Source: an uncultured Acidobacteriaceae bacterium
GTDB lineage: Bacteria > Acidobacteriota > Terriglobia > Terriglobales > Acidobacteriaceae
DNA length: 64,000 nt
Assembly: GCA_963780495.1 (NCBI GenBank)
Contig: CAWACF010000017.1
Coordinates: 66,559 to 130,558 of the forward strand
Direction: 5' to 3'
Part shown: piece by piece, positions 58,333-64,000 of the stretch
Position numbering within the stretch: the first letter of the stretch is position 1
How the letters are laid out: the number at the start of each line of letters is the position of its first letter
Notes under the pieces: generated by a model
What the model was told of the DNA's origin: nothing
Database searches by the model: none
What the model saw: the letters and a program-made list of their open reading frames with translations, nothing else
Position numbers and translations under genes: made by a program

Positions 58333-59184
58333 TTGCTGATATCTCTGCGCCGTTTCTTCCGCCAACGCACCACAACTCTGGCAATCATCGTTTTATTCGG
58401 TCTTTCGGTAGCTGCTCCAGTGCTTCACGCTGCTGACAACAGCGATGAGATCGACAACTACAAGCTGCGTGTCGACGGCTTCTGGTTCTATTCGAACCCT
58501 TCCGGAACCTTCCAGGGATCGGGGGGAGGCGACGTCATCGACGTCAATCACGACTTGGGCTTCAACTCGTATTCGACCGTTACCGCCTTCGTTGACTGGA
58601 AGTTTACCCACAAGAACCATCTGACCTTCTCGGTGAGCCCGTTCCAGCAGTCCCGCAACGTCGCCTTCGATCGCACCATCACCTATCAGGGCCAGACCTA
58701 CAATGTGGGAGCTACGGTCAACGCCAACCTGAAGGCTAATCTGTACGCTCCCGGATACGCGTACGACATCATTCGCCGTCGGCGTGGACATATCGGCGTG
58801 GGCGTGCAGATCGACCTCTTCGACACCAAGGCCAGTTTGGCTGCGAAAGCGCAGGTTACCGGCGGAGGAACCTTTCAACCGGCAGCCTATGGCAGCGCTT
58901 CCCTCCTGGCTCCTATCCCCGTCGCCGGCCCGCAGTGGCGCCTGTATCTGACGAACTCGTCGCGTGTGTTTGTGGAAGGCAATTTGTACGGCATGTATTT
59001 GTTCGGCTACGGCGACTTTCTTTCCACCATCGACACGGTCGGGGTGACGCTCCAGAAGCACCTGAGTCTGAACGCCGGCTATGCGCTCGGATCGCGCCTG
59101 GTGGTGAATAACAACTCGACCACGCGTCTCGGCATTCACCTTATCCAGCAAGGCGTGCTGGTCGGACTGGAAGCGTCGTTCTAG
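58333..59184 (+). CDS. outer-membrane beta-barrel protein (hypothetical)
   Basis: The TTG at 58333 follows GGGAGG. Signal peptide ...AAPVLHA/ADN, alternating beta-strand pattern and a C-terminal ...GLEASF (terminal Phe). The track ORF starts at 58216. Confidence 0.6.
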   Translation: MLISLRRFFRQRTTTLAIIVLFGLSVAAPVLHAADNSDEIDNYKLRVDGFWFYSNPSGTFQGSGGGDVIDVNHDLGFNSYSTVTAFVDWKFTHKNHLTFSVSPFQQSRNVAFDRTITYQGQTYNVGATVNANLKANLYAPGYAYDIIRRRRGHIGVGVQIDLFDTKASLAAKAQVTGGGTFQPAAYGSASLLAPIPVAGPQWRLYLTNSSRVFVEGNLYGMYLFGYGDFLSTIDTVGVTLQKHLSLNAGYALGSRLVVNNNSTTRLGIHLIQQGVLVGLEASF

Positions 59185-59196
59185 AGGCAAGACACC

Positions 59197-60222
59197 ATGC
59201 GCCTCCTTCGTTCCCCTTTTCGTGGACCAGCCGTAGCCGGCGTCATTCTCTTCTTTGCTGCTCTCGCTACGCAGGCTCAGAGCGATCCTCTGCCCTCGTG
59301 GAACGATGGCGCAGCGAAGCAGGCTATCATCAATCTGGTTCACGCGACCACGAACCCGTCGAGCGCGAACTTCGTTCCTGCCGGACAGCGCTTCGCCACC
59401 TTCGATCAGGACGGAACCACGTGGGTCGAGCATCCCATGTATACACAGGTGGTCTTCACCTTCGATCGGGTCGCCGCGCTCGCTCCACAACATCCTGAGT
59501 GGAAGACGACCGAGCCGTTCAAGACGGTACTTGCCGGCGACAATGCGGCGATGGCGAAGTTCACGATGAAGGACCTGATGACCATCTTCGTGGCCACGCA
59601 AACCGGCATGAGCGTTGAGGCCTTCCAGCAAATCGCCCGTGACTGGCTGGCAACCGCGAAGGATCCCCGCTGGCATCGGCACTACACCGAGTTGATCTAT
59701 CAACCCATGCTCGAGGTGATGAAGTATCTGCGAGCCAATGGATATGAGACCTACATCGTAACCGGCGGAGGCCAGGACTTTGTGCGCGTCTACGCCGAGC
59801 AGGTCTACGGAATTCCGCCGCAGAATATCGTCGGCTCGGCTATCGCCACGGAATACACCTACGACAAGTCCGGTGCGGGCATCCTGATGCGTCCGCCCAA
59901 GCTGCTGCTCAACAATAACTTCTCCGGAAAGCCCGAGGACATTTACCTGTTCATCGGCCGCCATCCACAAGCGGCGTTCGGCAACTCTACTGGCGATCAG
60001 GAAATGCTGGAGTACACGCAGGCCGGACCGGGCGCACACCTGATGATGATCGTTCTGCACGATGACGCGCAACGCGAGTACGCTTACGGTCCCGCCGACG
60101 GGTTGCCGGCAACCGATGTCGGCACCTTCACCCAGCCGCTGTATGACGAGGCGAAATCCAGGGGCTGGATCGTCATCAGTATGAAGCACGATTGGAATCG
60201 CATCTTTTCGTGGGAGAAGTGA
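59197..60222 (+). CDS. exported HAD-superfamily hydrolase/phosphatase-like protein
   Basis: Signal peptide. FDQDGT (DxDxT motif I), TGGG and GNSTGDQEML (motif IV). Confidence 0.7.
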   Translation: MRLLRSPFRGPAVAGVILFFAALATQAQSDPLPSWNDGAAKQAIINLVHATTNPSSANFVPAGQRFATFDQDGTTWVEHPMYTQVVFTFDRVAALAPQHPEWKTTEPFKTVLAGDNAAMAKFTMKDLMTIFVATQTGMSVEAFQQIARDWLATAKDPRWHRHYTELIYQPMLEVMKYLRANGYETYIVTGGGQDFVRVYAEQVYGIPPQNIVGSAIATEYTYDKSGAGILMRPPKLLLNNNFSGKPEDIYLFIGRHPQAAFGNSTGDQEMLEYTQAGPGAHLMMIVLHDDAQREYAYGPADGLPATDVGTFTQPLYDEAKSRGWIVISMKHDWNRIFSWEK

Positions 60223-60371
60223 CTGACGCTTTCGCGGTTCGCTCTTGGCTTTCCGCCGGCCTTCAAGATGTCCGCGTGTTGCTGTCGTGCAAATTTCGGG
60301 TTTTGCCCATCGTATAATTTTGTCACCAAGGAACAGGAACCACGTGCGGCGAACGGGTCCAAGGGAGAACT

Positions 60372-62216
60372 GTGGCTGGATTCTGCATTGAGGTGAAAGG
60401 GCATGGTGCCGGCCCAACACGCAGCTTGCGTCTGGTTGATGTCTGCCAGCGATCGGTTTCCGGAAGCTTTCAAACTGACGGCGCCGCAGCTGCCTGGATC
60501 CATCCGCAGGAAAGCCGTCACTACTGGTTGCGCCGCGCGCCCGATCATCTCCTCTTCATCGAGGGCGTTCCTGACCGGCTGCCACGCCAAGACGAGTCGC
60601 TGCTCGACTGGCTGTGCGGACGCTGGGGCAGCTTTCGCGGCTTTGAGATTTCGCGCCCCTCGAATATAGTGCCCGCGCAAGTCACCGCCTTCGTCGATCC
60701 TCTTTGTACCCGTCCAATTTTCTATCGCGCTGCGGCGGGCCAGCTTCTGATCGCCGACAAACTTGCAACGCTCGCGCTGAACAGCGCAGACGATGCCACA
60801 CTGAACTGGGACGCCGTACTCGAGGCGATGCTGCTGGGCTCGGTCTATCGCTACCACCAGACGACGCTGGCCGGCGCAGAAGAGATTGCCCCCGGCGAGA
60901 TGCTTGTCTTCCGCGATAACCAGATCGTGGCCCGCCACACCAACAAGTTGCCGGAAGATGAAGCGACATCGGCTGCCGCCGTTCGCGCCGATCCGGAAGG
61001 TTCGCTGATACAGGCGTTGCGGCGCAGCGTGCGCGAGTGTTGGACCGATCCGCAAGCCGCTCTCCTGCTCAGCGGTGGTCTCGACTCGCGAGCGATACTC
61101 GCGGTTGCCGGAGAAGGCCACAAAGCCGTCACCATTGAGAAGACTGCGCGTGAGACGGAAATCGCAAAGCAGATCGCTGAGGCCTGCCGTGCCGAATTCA
61201 TCGTGCTTCCCTATCGCCAGGACGAGTGGCTGCTGCGCGCGCAACTCGGCTTCTGGCTCGCGAACGGCACGCACGACAGCGAGTTCATCAACGACGTTGG
61301 ATTGGCGGAGCGGTTGGCGCCGCTGGGCATTCATGCGATTGCCCATGGATATCTGTTCGACACCATTCTGAAGGGCTGGCTGATCCGGCCGCTGCATCAG
61401 CACGCCGATCTGTCGCAAACGGTGCTGGGCGAGCTTGGACCCGCAGGCGCGCACTTCCGCGACACGAGTTCGCGAGCGTCGTTTTACTCCGATATTGACC
61501 TGTTCGGCATGCTCAGCCAAGACGGCAAACAGCGGGCGATTGCGCAGCTGCGCGATACGGCCGCGTCGCTCAAGCCGGTCAGCGACGGACGGCTCGACAT
61601 TACCTTCGAGCGTCACGTACTCCCCTGGGTCTCGAAGCAGGTGCATTACGGCTGTTATGTGTCGTGGATGGAAGGGCTCGACCTGTCGTCTCCGGTATTT
61701 CATCCGGCGTTGTGGAGCTGGTACTGGCATAGCAGCGCAGAGGACCGTTATCTCGGCCGCGCCTACCGACGTGCGCTGGTCGGGCTGCAACATCCGGCGT
61801 TTGCTGTTCCCGACGCGAATACCGGTGCGCCGATCAGCATCCCCAAAGAACGGTGGACCGACACCGCGCAGGATCGGTTGTGGTATCGCACGGCGCGGCG
61901 GATTTGGCGAACAGTTCGGAAAGATCGTCAGCCTCCGTTTCGGGATAAACGCAGCGATAGATTTCGCAGCCCCGAGGGACGTCAGCTCTTCAAGTTTGGC
62001 GTCGAGATCCTGCGGGGAAATCCGTTGTTCGACGGCGTTGCGCTGGAGCATGCCGCGAAAGATTTCTTTGACGATAATGACCGCGCCTTCGAACCGTTGC
62101 TGACTGTCACCGGCGTCGCGCAGTGGCATGACCTCGTGGCGCGCGGTGCGAACTATTCGGCTCGGCAGATCAAGGTGGTAGAGATAGCCGACCAAATTCT
62201 GGACAGTCGAGCTTAG
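60372..62216 (+). CDS. asparagine synthase (AsnB)-family protein with a degenerate glutaminase domain
   Basis: PP-loop LLLSGGLDSRAIL. The N-terminal domain keeps the FxGF...DPLCTRPIFY pattern but lacks the N-terminal catalytic Cys (it starts MAGFCIEV). GTG at 60372 follows AAGGGAG. Confidence 0.8.
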   Translation: MAGFCIEVKGHGAGPTRSLRLVDVCQRSVSGSFQTDGAAAAWIHPQESRHYWLRRAPDHLLFIEGVPDRLPRQDESLLDWLCGRWGSFRGFEISRPSNIVPAQVTAFVDPLCTRPIFYRAAAGQLLIADKLATLALNSADDATLNWDAVLEAMLLGSVYRYHQTTLAGAEEIAPGEMLVFRDNQIVARHTNKLPEDEATSAAAVRADPEGSLIQALRRSVRECWTDPQAALLLSGGLDSRAILAVAGEGHKAVTIEKTARETEIAKQIAEACRAEFIVLPYRQDEWLLRAQLGFWLANGTHDSEFINDVGLAERLAPLGIHAIAHGYLFDTILKGWLIRPLHQHADLSQTVLGELGPAGAHFRDTSSRASFYSDIDLFGMLSQDGKQRAIAQLRDTAASLKPVSDGRLDITFERHVLPWVSKQVHYGCYVSWMEGLDLSSPVFHPALWSWYWHSSAEDRYLGRAYRRALVGLQHPAFAVPDANTGAPISIPKERWTDTAQDRLWYRTARRIWRTVRKDRQPPFRDKRSDRFRSPEGRQLFKFGVEILRGNPLFDGVALEHAAKDFFDDNDRAFEPLLTVTGVAQWHDLVARGANYSARQIKVVEIADQILDSRA

Positions 62217-62500
62217 CCAGAGGTATACCCCCTCCCCTCTGCGGCCCGTAAATTCTTGAAAACACACACCAACGTCTGCAAAATCTTGATTGCGAGAGAC
62301 TTGCAGGCAAGGTCTTGATGCGCAATGACTTACGGACTTTAGCTTGAGAATGTTCTGGTGGGAAGAAGCGAAAGGCACCGACAAGTGGCCCGTGACGACT
62401 GACACCCTAGCTACCCGGATAACCACAAGGAAAGGACCGCCCGGGAAAGGCGTATCCCACCCTAACATGACGATGTTAGCTGATTGTGGGGATGGGTCAA

Positions 62501-62542
62501 GATTACGAAAGTACAATAGCCGCCTATTGTACTTTCGTAATC
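62501..62542. repeat. 19-bp perfect palindrome with a 4-nt loop
   Basis: GATTACGAAAGTACAATAG ccgc CTATTGTACTTTCGTAATC. All 19 pairs were checked base by base. It is AT-rich relative to its surroundings. Confidence 0.9.
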
Positions 62543-62767
62543 AGGCGGAGGGGCAGGGTAATCGCGGGAAATGTGAAAACGAGACCTTAAGCCAGGCCAT
62601 CGCCGGCCTGGCGCGTGTGTTCGTTCAACGAAGGATAAAGCCCGGAGGGCGGCATCATGGTAGCCCGGGACGGAGCGCAGAGGGGTCATGGGTCAGCGTA
62701 CCTAAAGGTCCGAGCCGGCAGCACATGCCGTCCCTGCCGGGACTCGGGACCTTTTATCAACCGCCTA

Positions 62768-62817
62768 CCCAGGACTTCGTCCTGGGCTAAGCTGAGTCGT
62801 CCCGCAGTCGCGGGACG
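62768..62817. repeat. REP-like twin hairpins
   Basis: CCCAGGA(c ttcg) TCCTGGG at 62768-62786, and CGTCCCGC agtc GCGGGACG at 62798-62817. The first has the same CTACCC...GGGCTAA frame as 21642-21661. Confidence 0.6.
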
Positions 62818-62973
62818 GGGTCCGTGCCACAACACCTCACAGCCGAAATCTCCAGTGGTGCCGATTCATTCCCCCAACTTACGATATTGATTCCATGACA
62901 ATGTCGGCTCCCTTAGCCGAGTAGAGTTGGTGGTGCTGACCAACCAACAGGCTCGGGAGAAAGGAGCCGAACA

Positions 62974-64000
62974 ATGATCATTATAGGAGTAGATTTTCAC
63001 CCCGAGTTTCAGCAAATCGCATACGTTGACACGGAAGGTGGAGAGTGGCAGGAGCGCCGCCTGAAACATCCAGCAGAAGCCGATACCTTTTACCGTGAGC
63101 TTGCGCAGCAATCTGTGCAACTACGAGTAGGGATGGAGGCCAGCGGCCACGCACGCTGGTTCGAGCGACTGATGGAGGAACTGCAGATTGAGTTGTGGAT
63201 CGGAGATGCCGCCGAGATCCGGACCAGGCGGGTACGTAAGCAGAAGACGGATCGGCAGGATGCGCAGCTCATTCTGAAGCTGATGTTGAAGGATGACTTC
63301 CCCGGGATCTGGGTGCCGAGCTGGGAGAATCGCGATCTACGGCAACTGCTGTGGCATCGCCACCGCATGGTGCAGGCCCGCAGTCGGATCATGAATCAGT
63401 TGCAAGCGGTGGCGCTGAACGAAGGCCTGCGCTGTAAGAAGCGGTTGTGGCGTACCAAACGACCGCAACTGGAAGCGTTCCCCTTGTCTCCCTGGGCCCA
63501 CCGGCGACGGCAGGACCTGCTGGAGTTGCTGGATCGATTGAATCCCACGATCGCGGAGCTGAGCCAGGCGGTAGAGCAGCAGGTGGAGAAGTACCCTGAG
63601 GCCCAGCGACTGACGACGCATCCTGGTGTGGGGCCGCTGACGGCACTGGCGTTTGTGCTGATCATCGGAGAAGCGGAACGCTTTCGGTGTGGGAAACAAG
63701 TGGCCAGCTACCTCGGTCTAGTTCCGATAGAAGAATCCAGCGGAAACCAGCGCCGGCTGGGTCACATCAGCAAACAGGGCAGCTCGATCTTGCGCTTCTT
63801 GTTAGTCGAAGCCGCGCAGGTTACGGTGCGCAGTGTTCCGGAATGGCGGCGCCGATACTTTCACCTGATGATGCGGCGAGGCCGCAAGATCGCCAAGGTT
63901 GCTATGGCGCGGCGACTGGCCGTTTGTATGTACTGGATGATGCGCGAAGGATCGGAGTATCAGCAGTCGAGCGAGTTCGGTTCGCACGCGGGGCAGCCCG
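62974..64000 (+). mobile_element. IS110-family (DEDD) transposase gene, 3' end beyond the window
   Basis: Translated by hand: MIIIGVDFHPEF..., GMEASGHARWF, KTDRQDAQLI, HPGVGPLTALAFVLIIGEAERF, ASYLGLVPIEESSG..RLGHISKQGSSILRFLLVEAA. AAGGAG lies 8 nt upstream. 342 codons are open to the window end, which is why it is absent from the ORF track. Confidence 0.9.

Noticed and set aside
58393-62516. Two very long minus-strand ORFs (675 aa and 810 aa)
   Set aside because: They run antisense to the OMP, HAD and AsnB-like genes, which carry recognisable motifs. They are Arg/Gly/Leu-rich with no motifs of their own. This is the typical shadow-ORF pattern in GC-rich DNA.
62545-62600. GGGAAATGTGAAAAC resembling the cobalamin-riboswitch core
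   Set aside because: There is no B12 box, no surrounding helices and no downstream transport or biosynthesis gene. The similarity is limited to a few bases.
62344-62790. 148-aa plus-strand ORF in the non-coding region
   Set aside because: It runs through the palindrome and the REP-like hairpins. Its composition and lack of an RBS argue against a real gene.

Overview
I had no search tools, so all family names come from motif recognition and are not database hits. The window is a 64-kb chromosomal segment of roughly 58-60% GC by eye. It most resembles an Acidobacteriota (Terriglobia-like) genome. That placement is an inference from gene content, the TonB N-terminal motif, CarboxypepD_reg proteins and the many short intergenic repeats.

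Most of the window is housekeeping: etfB, ada, pgk-gap, bfr, miaB, truB, a rhomboid protease, folE, ileS-lspA, tsaC/sua5, trpD and four tRNAs (Ser-GGA, Ala-CGC, Val-TAC, Asp-GTC).

Larger units:
1. A same-strand GT2 / PTPS / PTPS / FolE / SDR cluster that looks like a tetrahydrobiopterin-type pterin pathway.
2. A six-gene efflux operon: small membrane protein, MFP, two tandem RND paralogs, TolC-like OMF, small membrane protein.
3. A tetraheme cytochrome c / 4Fe-4S / NrfD-type membrane module with no catalytic subunit. It sits next to a decayed IS110-family transposase and tRNA-Ala, so it may be an island remnant.
4. A Big_2 surface lipoprotein whose last domain is duplicated behind an in-frame TAG.
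5. An OMP / HAD / AsnB-like cluster, followed by 757 nt of structured non-coding DNA and a nearly complete IS110-family transposase that runs off the window end. The ORF track misses this transposase because it has no stop codon inside the window.

Several intergenic regions carry arrays of strictly 7-nt-periodic repeats, often as inverted pairs, plus at least two other REP-like repeat families.

I saw no CRISPR array, rRNA, prophage or recognisable defence system. No single locus stands out as an unambiguous new system. The best leads are ranked in the findings.
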